Part shown: in pieces, positions 19,748 to 29,164 of the stretch | Layout of the letters: each line of letters begins with the position of its first letter | How positions within the stretch are numbered: the first letter of the stretch is position 1 | NCBI GenBank assembly: GCA_050183765.1 | Contig: JBFXAZ010000013.1 | Span: forward strand, 2,265-66,264 | Reading direction: 5' to 3' | DNA: 64,000 nt | DNA from: Reyranellaceae bacterium | GTDB taxonomy: Bacteria; Pseudomonadota; Alphaproteobacteria; Reyranellales; Reyranellaceae | The notes under the pieces: generated by a model | Seen by the model: the letters and a program-made list of their open reading frames with translations, nothing else | Databases searched by the model: none | What the model was told of the DNA's origin: nothing | Program-made: the position numbers and the translations under genes

Positions 19748-19825
19748 CGAAATGACGTGCCACGGCCCGTATGTTAGAGTGGCACCTTAACACATCGACG
19801 CCACCGGAGCGGGTTCCGACCCGAG

Positions 19826-21889
19826 ATGTCCACCCTCGTCTTCTGGCTGCTGATCGCGACGGTGGCGATCGCGCCCTTGCCCTTCGCATCGAACCGGCCG
19901 CTGCCCTGGAGCGTGCTGTCGGCGCTTGTGGCCGTCTTGCTGGTGCTGTGGGGAATCGACCGCATCCGTACCGTCCTGCGCCCCGGCGCGGCGGTCATGA
20001 TGGCATCGTCCGCCTCGACCGGCGGGCCGACGCCGCCCACGCCGGCGGCGGTGATCATCGACCGGCTGGCGATCGCGTTCGCCCTCGTCTTCGGCGCGCT
20101 GATCGCCTGGTACTGGTTCCAGCTCTCGCCGGCCAGCGCAGGGCTCGCGCACCCCGACTGGGCCGAAGCGGCGCGCGCGCTGGGCGAGACGCTGCCCGGC
20201 GCCATCGCGCTCGACCCCGGCGTCGGCGCGCAGCAGGCGATGAAGCTGCTGGCCTATGGCGGCGTCTTCTTCCTCGCCTTCGTGCTGTGCCGCGATCGCC
20301 AGCGCGCGCGCTGGGCCTTCATCGCGCTGGCCGTGGCCGGCCTCGCCTACGCCGCCTATGGCCTGTTCGCGATGTTCGCCGGCTACAAGACGATCATCGG
20401 CCTCGTGCCCTCGTCCTATTCGCGCAGCGTCACCTCGACCTTCATCAACCGCAATTCCTACGCCACCTATGGCGGCCTGTGCGTGATCATCGCCATGGGA
20501 CCGCTGTTGTCGGAGCTGCGCCACGTGCTGCGCAGCGGCGCCTCGCCGATCGCGATCCTGCGCACCGTGTCGGAAGAAGCCACGCCGGTCTTCTACATCT
20601 CGGCGCTGGCGGTCGCGACCGGCGTCATGGCGGTGATCCTCACAGGCTCGCGCGGCGGCGTCGCCAGCATGCTGCTGGGCTTCCTCGTGTTCGGGCTGGG
20701 CATGCTGGTCGTGCGCGACCTCAGCCTGCGCGCTTTCCTCGCGCTGATCGGCACCGGTGCGCTGTGCGTCGGCGCCGCGATGGTGATCAGCGGCGGCTTT
20801 CTGGTGGAGCGCCTCAGCGACGGCATGGAGCACGATGCCCGCTGGGTGCTCTTCGAGGTCGGCCGCCAGGTCGCGGGCGAGCGTCCGTTCGCCGGCCACG
20901 GCCTGGGCGGCTTCGCACCGGCGTTCAACGGCGCCCTGCACAGCTCTCCCGGCTTCGACGCCTATGTCGACTTCGCGCACAACACCTATCTCGAGCTCGC
21001 CGTGGACGGCGGCATTCCCGCCCTGCTGATCAGCCTGGCGTTGGCCGGCATGGCGGTCGGCATCTGCATCACCGGCCTGTTCTCGCGCGCCCGCGGCACC
21101 AGCTTCGCCATCGCCGCCATCGCCGGCGCGGCACTGGTCGCCGGCCATTCGATGGTCGATTTCTCGCTGCAGATGCCGGCGGTCGCCGTGACCTTCATGC
21201 TGATGATGGGTGTCGCCTCGGCCCTGTCGCTGGCTTGGGTGCGGGTCAGGCGCGCGGCGACGATCGGCGAGGAGGCGCGTGCGCCGGAGACGTCGCGCAA
21301 GAGACGTCGCCGACGGCGCGGCGGCAGCGGCCGGCCGAGCTCGGCCGACGATTCGGTCACGCCGGCGCCTGAGCTCGACATGCCGTGGATGCGACCCGGC
21401 GCCGCCACGGCGGCGGGGCGCGGGCCGCAGGACTTCGCCACGCCGGCGCCGCAGGTGCCGCTGGCGCAGGGCCGTGGCGGCGACGCCGATGGCGTGGCGC
21501 TGCGCCGCGAGGCCGCCGCCACGCACAGCGATGCGATCGTCTCGGACGACAGCGGCGAATCCTACAGGGCCGCGCTGGCACGCTGGCAGAGCCTGCGACA
21601 GGCCGCGGCGTCACCGGCGCAGGCGCAGAGGGCCACGTCGATGCCGGATCTGCCGAGCGGGCAGGATGCGTGGGCCGCCGCGGACACCACGCCACCATCC
21701 GACGATACGGCGCGCATGGCGGCGGAGGATCCGCCGACGGTGGTCGACGCGGCTGCGCCGCAGCCGCCGATGCCGCCGGCCTGGCCCGGCGAGGCACGTC
21801 GGCCCGGCGTCGAGCCGGCGCCGTCGGAAGACGACCCGGACGGCTCGGCGGCCAACGTGGTGCGCCTGACCCGTCCGCGCCGGCCGTAG
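19826..21889 (+). CDS. O-antigen ligase family (Wzy_C) membrane protein with long disordered C-terminal tail
   Basis: Polytopic N-terminal portion of about 450 aa with the Wzy_C-like loop FAHNTYLELAVDGGIPALL. The last roughly 230 aa are Ala/Pro/Arg/Asp-rich low complexity (RKRRRRRRGGSG...). Confidence 0.72.
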   Translation: MSTLVFWLLIATVAIAPLPFASNRPLPWSVLSALVAVLLVLWGIDRIRTVLRPGAAVMMASSASTGGPTPPTPAAVIIDRLAIAFALVFGALIAWYWFQLSPASAGLAHPDWAEAARALGETLPGAIALDPGVGAQQAMKLLAYGGVFFLAFVLCRDRQRARWAFIALAVAGLAYAAYGLFAMFAGYKTIIGLVPSSYSRSVTSTFINRNSYATYGGLCVIIAMGPLLSELRHVLRSGASPIAILRTVSEEATPVFYISALAVATGVMAVILTGSRGGVASMLLGFLVFGLGMLVVRDLSLRAFLALIGTGALCVGAAMVISGGFLVERLSDGMEHDARWVLFEVGRQVAGERPFAGHGLGGFAPAFNGALHSSPGFDAYVDFAHNTYLELAVDGGIPALLISLALAGMAVGICITGLFSRARGTSFAIAAIAGAALVAGHSMVDFSLQMPAVAVTFMLMMGVASALSLAWVRVRRAATIGEEARAPETSRKRRRRRRGGSGRPSSADDSVTPAPELDMPWMRPGAATAAGRGPQDFATPAPQVPLAQGRGGDADGVALRREAAATHSDAIVSDDSGESYRAALARWQSLRQAAASPAQAQRATSMPDLPSGQDAWAAADTTPPSDDTARMAAEDPPTVVDAAAPQPPMPPAWPGEARRPGVEPAPSEDDPDGSAANVVRLTRPRRP

Positions 21890-21944
21890 ACCCCGGCTCG
21901 ATCCTCGCGCACGATGCCGACCGCCCACGAGGCGGGGGAGCATC

Positions 21945-23033
21945 GTGAAGATCACATCAGTCGAATCCATCCTGCTCGCCATCCCCTACGAGGACCATGG
22001 CGGCCTCTGGCGCCTGGCCGGCGCACACAAGCAATTCCAGACCCTGCTGGTACGCATCGACACCGACCAGGGCATCAGCGGCTGGGGCGAGGTCTTCACC
22101 AAGAACGGCGAGCTGGCGCTGAAGGCCGTATTCGACACGCATGTCGCGCCCGCCCTGATCGGCCGCGATGCCACCCAGATCAACGTCATCAAGCGCGACC
22201 TCGAACGGCTGCATCACAATTTCGGCCGCGTTGGGCTGGTCGCCTTCTGCGTCTCCGCCGTGGACCTCGCGCTGTGGGACATCCTGGGCAAGGCGGCCGG
22301 CCTGCCGCTCTACCGGCTGCTGGGCGGCAGCGCGCGTCAGGAGCTGCCGCTGTACGCCAGCATGGTGCGCTACGGCTCCGGTCCCGCTGCGGCCAAGGCC
22401 TGCGAGCGGCTGGCGCGCGAGGGCTACGGCGCGCTGAAGCTGCACGAGGTGCTGGTCGAGACCGTGGGCGCCTCGCGCGCCGCGATCGGTCCGAACGTGG
22501 CGCTGATGCTCGACACCAACTGCCCGTGGACGCTCGCCGAGGCGAAGCGCAACGCCAAGCTGATGGAGCCGCACGATCTGCTGTGGCTGGAAGAGCCGAC
22601 CTGGCCGCCGGAAAACGTCAACGCGTTGGCCGCGCTGCGCCGCTCGACGAGCATTCCGATCGCCGCCGGCGAGAACGCCGGCAGCCTCGCCGACTACCGC
22701 ACCATGTTCGAGACCGGCGCCGTCGACATCGTGCAGCCCGACATCGCCAAGGCGCATGGCCTGTCGGAGGCGATCCGCATCGCCGCGCTGGCCGACGCCT
22801 TCGACGTCCAGTTCATGCCGCACTGCTTCATGATCGGCGCCGGCTACGCCCACACGATCCACCTCGCCGCCGCGCTCAACGTGCCGCTGCTCGAGCGCCT
22901 CGCGGTCGATCTCGCCGCCGAGCCGATGGGCGAGGTGGTCAAGCCGAAGAATGGCAAGGTCGCGGTGCCGCAGGGTCCGGGCCTGGGCTGCGAGCCGGAC
23001 GCCGATGCGATCCGGCTGTATCGCGTGGGGTAG
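21945..23033 (+). CDS. Mandelate racemase / muconate lactonizing enzyme family protein (enolase superfamily)
   Basis: A capping domain MKITSVESILLAIPYED...LLVRIDTDQGISGWGE is followed by a barrel with metal-ligand-like LDTN / LEEP / GEN segments. Confidence 0.85.
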   Translation: MKITSVESILLAIPYEDHGGLWRLAGAHKQFQTLLVRIDTDQGISGWGEVFTKNGELALKAVFDTHVAPALIGRDATQINVIKRDLERLHHNFGRVGLVAFCVSAVDLALWDILGKAAGLPLYRLLGGSARQELPLYASMVRYGSGPAAAKACERLAREGYGALKLHEVLVETVGASRAAIGPNVALMLDTNCPWTLAEAKRNAKLMEPHDLLWLEEPTWPPENVNALAALRRSTSIPIAAGENAGSLADYRTMFETGAVDIVQPDIAKAHGLSEAIRIAALADAFDVQFMPHCFMIGAGYAHTIHLAAALNVPLLERLAVDLAAEPMGEVVKPKNGKVAVPQGPGLGCEPDADAIRLYRVG

Positions 23034-23087
23034 GTCGACTGGAGGTGTCGGGTAGCGCAGCACCCATGGAATGACTAGATTGATGTC

Positions 23088-23339
23088 ATGTCCCTACGCA
23101 CTGCCGATCTTCCCGAGGACTTGAAACAGGCGATCGCCAAGCTCTCGCCTGAAGCGCGGCTAACGCTCGCCGACGCCCTGTGGGACGATCTCGAGGCTGA
23201 ATTTCAGATAGCTCCCCCGGAGCTTTCGCCGGAGCATCGAGCGATCCTGGAGGCTCGGAACGCCGAGTTCGAGGCCAATCCTCACGCGCCGCGGAAATCC
23301 CTCGATGAGATTCTGGCGAAGCACGGCCTCAAGCGGTGA
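23088..23339 (+). CDS. Type II antitoxin, 'addiction module component' family (pairs with RelE/ParE toxins)
   Basis: 83 aa: ...LSPEARLTLADALWDDLEAE...LSPEHRAILEARNAEFEANP... is the typical pattern of the TIGR02574-like antitoxin family. Confidence 0.72.
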   Translation: MSLRTADLPEDLKQAIAKLSPEARLTLADALWDDLEAEFQIAPPELSPEHRAILEARNAEFEANPHAPRKSLDEILAKHGLKR

Positions 23340-23640
23340 CACGACACGTCGGCTACGTTCCAGCCGCTGAGCAAGATGTCGATGACGCTATTGAGTACCT
23401 GAACCGGTAGAATCCTGCGGCAGCCGTCCATTTTGCCGAGCGCCTCGGACTTCTTGAAGCCAGGCTGGCTGAAACTCCGCTCATGTATCCGCGAGTTTGG
23501 GGGCCGATCCATGGGCTCGCCTTCATCCGTTTCGCTACGTCGCGCACTATCGCATCTTCGAAAACGACGTCGTTGTGTTGGGCTGCTTCCACACAAGTCG
23601 GAATCCCCGAGTGGTCAGACGCATCCTGCGCGGCCGATAG
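23336..23640 (+). pseudogene. Decayed ParE/RelE-family toxin gene (in-frame stop plus frameshift)
   Basis: GTG 23336 overlaps the antitoxin stop (GTGA). The reading is MTRHVGYVPAAEQDVDDAIEYLNR, then TAG (23408-23410), then NPAAAVHFAERLGLLEARLAETPLMYPRVWGPIHGLAF. The toxin-like C-terminus PFRYVAHYRIFENDVVVLGCFHTSRNPRVVRRILRGR* continues in a different frame from about 23527. Confidence 0.6.
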
Positions 23641-23643
23641 CCG

Positions 23644-24987
23644 TCAGGCGCGAGATCCTGCGACGCGATCGACCATCGTCGGCGCGATACCGAGGTAGTT
23701 CGACGGATCGCAGAGCTTCGCCAGCGCGTCGCGATCGAGGTGCTTCGTCACCGCCTCGACCTTCACAAGCGCGTCGAGCAGCGGCGTGCCGTGCTGCGCG
23801 GCCTCGCGGCAGGCGTCGTAGACGATGTCGTGTGCCTGCTGGCGGCCGGTGTGCGGCGCCAGGCCCATCATCACCGCCTCGGCGACGATCAGCCCTGAGG
23901 TGATATCGAGATTCTTGCGCATGCGCGCGGCGTCGACGATCAGGCCGCCGAGCATGAACCTGGCCTGATGCAGCGCGCTCGAGGTCGCGAGGCAGGCCTC
24001 GGGAATCGCCGCCCATTCGGCATGCCACGGGCCGGTGGCGCGCTCGAAATCGGTGACCAGCGCGTCCATCATCAGGCCGGCCTGCTGGCGCGCGATCTTG
24101 GCGGCGGCGAGGATCAGCTCGCTGGAGATCGGGTTGCGCTTCTGCGGCATGGTGCTCGACGCGCCGCGGCCATGCACGAAAGGCTCGAAGACCTCGCCGT
24201 ACTCGGTCGACATCATGATCATGGTGTCGAGCGCGATCTTGCCCAGCGTGCCGCAGATCAAGGCCAGGGCGTTGACCGCCTCGGCGAAGCCGTCGCGCGC
24301 GACGTGCCAGGTGGCGGCGGGCTCGGCAAGGTTCAGCTCGCGCGCCAGCTCGCGCTGCACCGCCAGGCCCTTCTCGCCGATCGAGGCCAGGGTACCGGCA
24401 GCGCCGGCGAACTCGACCACCTCGACGCGCGGGCGAAGCTGGCGCAACCGCTCGGCGTGGCGGTCCACCGCCGCCAGCATCACCGCGACCTTGTAGCCGA
24501 AGGTCACCGGCAGGGCCTGCTGCAGATGGGTACGGCCGGCCATCGGCGTGTCGCGGTGCTTGCGCGCGAGATCGGCCATGATGGTGCGCAGCGCATCGAC
24601 GTCCGCAGCGACGATATCGAGTGCCGCGCGCAGCTGCAGCGCCGTGGCGGTGTCCATGATGTCCTGCGTCGTGGCGCCCCAATGGACGTAGCGCCCGGCC
24701 TCGCCGCACATCTTCGACAGCTGGGCCACCACCGGCAGGATCGGATAGCCGACGTTCTGCGTCTCGCGCTCGAGCCGCTCGAAGTCGAGCTTCGCGACAT
24801 CCGACGTGCGCGCGATCGCCTCGGCCGCGTCGGCCGGGATCACGCCGGCGCGTGCCTCGGCCCGGGCCAGCGCCACCTCGACCTCGACGTAGCGGCCGAT
24901 CAGCGCGCGGTCGTCGAACACCGCGCGCATTGCGGCTGTGCCGAACATGTCGCGAAACAGGATCGACTCGAAAACCGTGCTGCCCAT
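23644..24987 (-). CDS. Class II fumarate-lyase superfamily enzyme (3-carboxy-cis,cis-muconate cycloisomerase / adenylosuccinate lyase-like)
   Basis: Signature loop GASSTMPQKRNPISSE with an all-helical lyase-1 type sequence. The start is probably MGSTVFESILF (24987). Confidence 0.85.
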   Translation of the reverse strand: MGSTVFESILFRDMFGTAAMRAVFDDRALIGRYVEVEVALARAEARAGVIPADAAEAIARTSDVAKLDFERLERETQNVGYPILPVVAQLSKMCGEAGRYVHWGATTQDIMDTATALQLRAALDIVAADVDALRTIMADLARKHRDTPMAGRTHLQQALPVTFGYKVAVMLAAVDRHAERLRQLRPRVEVVEFAGAAGTLASIGEKGLAVQRELARELNLAEPAATWHVARDGFAEAVNALALICGTLGKIALDTMIMMSTEYGEVFEPFVHGRGASSTMPQKRNPISSELILAAAKIARQQAGLMMDALVTDFERATGPWHAEWAAIPEACLATSSALHQARFMLGGLIVDAARMRKNLDITSGLIVAEAVMMGLAPHTGRQQAHDIVYDACREAAQHGTPLLDALVKVEAVTKHLDRDALAKLCDPSNYLGIAPTMVDRVAGSRA

Positions 24988-25133
24988 GTCCGTTCCCCCT
25001 CGCACGCGGCCGGCACCATGCCGAGGGCCGTAGGCGGCGTCCAGCCGGCCGATGGTATCCGCGTCAGGTTTCTGATACCGTTATGACTGATGTGTTGGGA
25101 TGGCGGCGGAGGTCGCTGTCCGTTCGTTGCGGA

Positions 25134-26756
25134 ATGTCGACCATGAGACCGCACCACCACTTCACCCGCGCGTGGCTGATCGCCCTGATTGGATTGCTCG
25201 TCGTGTCGCTGGCCGGCGTGACCGCCCAGGCGCGCGAGGTGCGGATCGCGCTGGTGATCGGCAATGGCGCCTACGGCGACGCCGCCGAGCCGTTGAAGAA
25301 CCCCGTGAACGACGCGCGGGCGATGGCCGCGGCGCTGCGCGGCGCCGGCTTCGAGGTCATCCTGCGCGAGAACGCCACACGCCGCGCCTTTGTCGAGGCG
25401 CTGCATGAATTCGCCGGCAAGGTGCCGCCGGGCGGCGTCGGGCTGTTCTACTATGCCGGCCACGGCCTGCAGGTGCGCGGCGTCAACTATCTGCTGCCGG
25501 TCGACGTCACGCTCGCCAACGAGTACGACCTCAAATACGAGTCGATCGACGTCAACGACGTGCTCGACCGTCTCGAGGAGTCGCGCGCCCGGCTGAGCCT
25601 CATCGTGCTCGACGCCTGCCGCAACAACCCCTTCACGCGGCGCTTCCGCTCGAGCGCGCGCGGGCTGGCCCAGACCGACGCGCCGCGCGGCACGGTGATC
25701 GCCTACGCCACCGCGCCGGGCGATACGGCCGCCGATGGCGATGGCGACAACGGCGTCTATACGGCGGAGCTGCTCAAGGCGATGGCCGTGCCGGGCCTGA
25801 CCCTGGAGGAGGTCTTCAAGCGCACCATCGACGGCGTCGAGACGGCGACCGCCAGCAGGCAGACGCCGTGGGTGAGCTCGTCGTTCCGCGGCCAGTTCTA
25901 TTTCCATCCCGCCGCCGCGGCCGCCACCAACACCGCGCCCGCGCCACCGGGCGCCGCGTCTCCGCAGACGCTCGAGCTCGCGGCATGGAACGCCATCGCC
26001 GGCAGCAGCAACCCTCAGATGTTCGAGATCTTCCTCGAGCGCTTCCCCAACGGCATCTATGCCGATTTCGCCCGCGCGCGGCTCGCCGAGCTGCAGGCCG
26101 CGAAGCCCGCCGGATCGCCGGCGACGGCAGCGCCCGCCATCAGCGATGAGGAGCGCGAGGACGCGCTGAAGCTCGACGAGCGCGACCGCAGGCGGATCCA
26201 GGCGGCGCTGACCGTGCAGGGCTTCGACACCATGGGCACCGATGGGGTTCTGGGGCCACGCACCCGGCAGATGATCGCCAACTGGCAGCGCAGCCGCGCC
26301 GAGCCGCCCACGGGCTACCTCACCGCGGCACAGGCGGCGTCGCTGTCGAAGGATGGCGATGCCGCCCTGGCCCGGCTGGAGGAAGAGGCCCGGCGCAAGC
26401 CCGCACCGCAGGCGGCCGCAATTTCACCCGGCGGTCCGACGTCGTCGATCGACGGCCGCTGGGGCGGCCAGATTTGCCGCAACGACGCCTGCAGGCCGGC
26501 GAACATCCAGCTCGCCGGCAATCGCATGACGGGGGTCGCGCCAGGCAAGGGCGGGCCGCAGTCGATCGAGGGCAGCGTCGAGCAGGACGGCCAGGTCCGC
26601 GTGCGCTATTTCGGGATCGCGCCGCCCGGCACGCCGCGCGCCGGCAGCCCCTTCGACCACACGTTGACCGGCAAGATCGACGGCGACGCGCTGACGGCGA
26701 CCTATACCTTCCCGGGTGGGGTCGTGTTCCGCCTGACAGCGCGCCGGCTGCCCTGA
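25134..26756 (+). CDS. Caspase-fold peptidase (C14 family) with signal/anchor and peptidoglycan-binding-like domain
   Basis: The N-terminal hydrophobic segment WLIALIGLLVVSLAGVTAQA is followed by a C14 domain with the His/Cys dyad contexts YYAGHGLQ and IVLDACRNNPF. Later comes a PG_binding_1-like repeat RRIQAALTVQGFDTMGTDGVLGPRTRQMIANWQ. The start could also be 25083. Confidence 0.82.
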   Translation: MSTMRPHHHFTRAWLIALIGLLVVSLAGVTAQAREVRIALVIGNGAYGDAAEPLKNPVNDARAMAAALRGAGFEVILRENATRRAFVEALHEFAGKVPPGGVGLFYYAGHGLQVRGVNYLLPVDVTLANEYDLKYESIDVNDVLDRLEESRARLSLIVLDACRNNPFTRRFRSSARGLAQTDAPRGTVIAYATAPGDTAADGDGDNGVYTAELLKAMAVPGLTLEEVFKRTIDGVETATASRQTPWVSSSFRGQFYFHPAAAAATNTAPAPPGAASPQTLELAAWNAIAGSSNPQMFEIFLERFPNGIYADFARARLAELQAAKPAGSPATAAPAISDEEREDALKLDERDRRRIQAALTVQGFDTMGTDGVLGPRTRQMIANWQRSRAEPPTGYLTAAQAASLSKDGDAALARLEEEARRKPAPQAAAISPGGPTSSIDGRWGGQICRNDACRPANIQLAGNRMTGVAPGKGGPQSIEGSVEQDGQVRVRYFGIAPPGTPRAGSPFDHTLTGKIDGDALTATYTFPGGVVFRLTARRLP

Positions 26757-26763
26757 CGCCCGG

Positions 26764-27345
26764 TCAGTCGAAATCCCTGGCCAGCGCCGCGCGCACGGCT
26801 TCCGACATCAGCGCCATGTGGCCGTAGTTCTCGTGCGTGAAGCCGACGACGATCTCGGTGCCTGATGTGCGGAACTTCGCGATCTGCCCGGCGGTGAAGG
26901 GAAAGTGCACGAAGTGCACGGACGAGGCCTTGCCGTCCGCGCGGGTGCGCTCCTGGTCGTCCTCGGCCAGGCCCTTCACCGTCTCGCCGGCGAAGCGGAT
27001 GACCATCGTGTGCTCGATCCCGCCCAACCCGGCCAGGACCCGCGCGCGCCGCACCGGATCGTCGATCTCGAGCATGACGGTGGCGGTCAGCTCGCGACCG
27101 TCGGGGATCAGCGGATTGTAGGCCGCGAGCTCGTCGGGGACCTGCGCCGCGCCGCCCTTCTCGATGTAGAGCATCTCCTGCACCTGGTGCAGCATGGTGT
27201 CGAAGCTCTCGAAGTAGAAGGTCGCGAAGGGCCCGACCTCCAGCCGCCGATGCTTCTTCAGCGCCGTGATCGCCGATCGCCGCTCGGCGCGAATCTTGAC
27301 GTAGTCGGGCAGCGGCAGGATGTCGGTTTCGGTGATCTTGCGCAT
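26764..27345 (-). CDS. DUF3501 family protein
   Basis: MRKITETDILPLPDYVKIRAERRSAITALKKHRRLEVGPFATFYFESFDTMLHQVQEMLYIEKG... matches the DUF3501 pattern. This is the last gene of the rubrerythrin operon. Confidence 0.78.
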   Translation of the reverse strand: MRKITETDILPLPDYVKIRAERRSAITALKKHRRLEVGPFATFYFESFDTMLHQVQEMLYIEKGGAAQVPDELAAYNPLIPDGRELTATVMLEIDDPVRRARVLAGLGGIEHTMVIRFAGETVKGLAEDDQERTRADGKASSVHFVHFPFTAGQIAKFRTSGTEIVVGFTHENYGHMALMSEAVRAALARDFD

Positions 27346-27351
27346 GGCTCT

Positions 27352-27708
27352 TCAGTTCGGTGACTTGCGGATGCGGTTGGGGTGCAGGCGCTCCAGCACC
27401 CGGTGAATGGCGATGCCGATATGGATGTCGGGATTCTCGGAACAGTATTGCGCGATCATGGCGTTCACCTTGTCGACCGAGGTTTCGCCGGTGATGTGCC
27501 AGGTGTCGGGCGTCAGGCGGTTGAGCGCCGAGATGTAGCCCGCCATCCAGGTCTCCACGTAAGTCTTCTGCTGAGGCGTCGCGCCGGCGTATTCACCGCA
27601 CTTGCGTGAACCGGCACCCAGGATATTGAAGCGCCCGTTGGGATCGGCCGCCTGGGCCGCCGCGCCGATCGACACAGCCAACGCGACAAGGGCAAGGATC
27701 CGCATCAC
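27352..27708 (-). CDS. Small periplasmic hypothetical protein
   Basis: Sec signal MMRILALVALAVSIGAAAQA followed by a mature domain of about 98 aa with two Cys. I recognise no family. Confidence 0.55.
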   Translation of the reverse strand: MMRILALVALAVSIGAAAQAADPNGRFNILGAGSRKCGEYAGATPQQKTYVETWMAGYISALNRLTPDTWHITGETSVDKVNAMIAQYCSENPDIHIGIAIHRVLERLHPNRIRKSPN

Positions 27709-27720
27709 AGCCTCCCGGGT

Positions 27721-29094
27721 TCACATCAGTCCATACGCCCTGGCGAACAGCTCGATCGGGTGGTGCGCCTTCGACGCCCTGGGCGGCCCATCCTCGGCGG
27801 TCATTTGCATCACCTGCAACAGATGGTCCGCGGCCAGCGGGCATTCCGAGGCGACGAAAGGCGTGTTGTTGCGCAGCGCCTGCTGCGCGGCCGGGCGGCC
27901 GACCTTGACCGCGACCTCGAAATTCTCGGTGCGCGCGCCCCACAGGCCGCCGTGGCCGGAGCAGCGCTCGATCACCGCCACGCGCGTCTTGGGCACCAGG
28001 CGCAGCATCTCGGCGGCCTTGGCCCCCATGTTCTGCGCCCGCGCGTGGCAGGCGAGATGCATGGTGACGCCGCCCTCCAGCGTCTCCAGCCCGGGCGCGA
28101 GCCCTTCCTTCTTGGCGACGTCGACGACGTACTCGCTGATGTCGAAGGTCGCCTGCGACAGGCGCTTGACGTTGGCGTCATCGGGCACGATCAGCGGCCA
28201 CTCGAACTTCAACATCAGCGCGCACGAGGGCGTCAGCGCGATCACGTCGTAGCCCTTGTCGACCCAGGCGAGCAGCTCGGCCGAGACCGTGCGCGAGGCG
28301 GCGGCCACCGCCTCGAGATCGCCCAGCTCCAGCTTGGGCATGCCGCAGCACGCCGGATGCACGACCTCGGTCTCGACGCCCAGCTTCGCCAGCACGGCGC
28401 GCGAGGCCTGGCCGATGTCGGTGTTGTTGAAGTTCACGAAGCAGGTCGCGTAGAGCACCGCCTTGCGCTTGCCGAAGGCCGGCGCCTCGCGGTTGAGCTC
28501 CACCGGCTCGCGGCGAGCGCGGTTCAGCAGCGTCTCGTCGGCGTAGCGTGGCAGGCGGGCGCCGTGATGGATGCCGGCGACCTTTTCCATCACCCGGCGC
28601 ATGCCGGTGTTGTGCTCGTCCGTCGCCCAGTTGGCGACGCCGGACACGATGTTGGCGAGCTTGCCGTTGCGGTCGGTCTCGGCGAGCTGGCGCTCCATGA
28701 AGGCGGGTCCGCCCTTCTTCTTCACCTCGACCGCGCGATGGCGCAGCATGAGATGGGGGAAGTCCAGTGCCCACTCGTGCGGCGGCACGTAGGGGCACTT
28801 GGTCATGAAGCACAGGTCGCACAGCGTGCAGGCCTCGACGACCTTGCCGTAGTCGTCGTGCTTCACGCCGTCGAGCTCGCCGCTGGGGCTGTTGTCGACC
28901 AGATCGAACAGGCGCGGAAAGGAATCGCACAGATTGAAGCAGCGGCGGCAGCCGTGACAGATGTCGAAGACCCGCTCCATCTCCTTCTGGAGCTTGGCCT
29001 CGTCCCAGAAATCGGCGTCCTGCCAACCCAGGGGATGCCGGGTCGGCGCCTCGAGGCTGCCCTCGCGCAATCGATCCTCCGTAGGCAACGCCAA
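27721..29094 (-). CDS. (Fe-S)-binding oxidoreductase with CCG domains (heterodisulfide reductase D / GlpC-like)
   Basis: Two ferredoxin-type clusters ([15 protein letters not shown] and [16 protein letters not shown]) are followed by Cys-rich CCG-type domains ([15 protein letters not shown]). Confidence 0.85.
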   Translation of the reverse strand: MALPTEDRLREGSLEAPTRHPLGWQDADFWDEAKLQKEMERVFDICHGCRRCFNLCDSFPRLFDLVDNSPSGELDGVKHDDYGKVVEACTLCDLCFMTKCPYVPPHEWALDFPHLMLRHRAVEVKKKGGPAFMERQLAETDRNGKLANIVSGVANWATDEHNTGMRRVMEKVAGIHHGARLPRYADETLLNRARREPVELNREAPAFGKRKAVLYATCFVNFNNTDIGQASRAVLAKLGVETEVVHPACCGMPKLELGDLEAVAAASRTVSAELLAWVDKGYDVIALTPSCALMLKFEWPLIVPDDANVKRLSQATFDISEYVVDVAKKEGLAPGLETLEGGVTMHLACHARAQNMGAKAAEMLRLVPKTRVAVIERCSGHGGLWGARTENFEVAVKVGRPAAQQALRNNTPFVASECPLAADHLLQVMQMTAEDGPPRASKAHHPIELFARAYGLM

Positions 29095-29164
29095 GCGCCG
29101 GCTGTGCCGCCGGCGCCACAGCGGAATGGGAGCCCGAGCGGGCTCCCATCCTCTCCTGCGCTGG

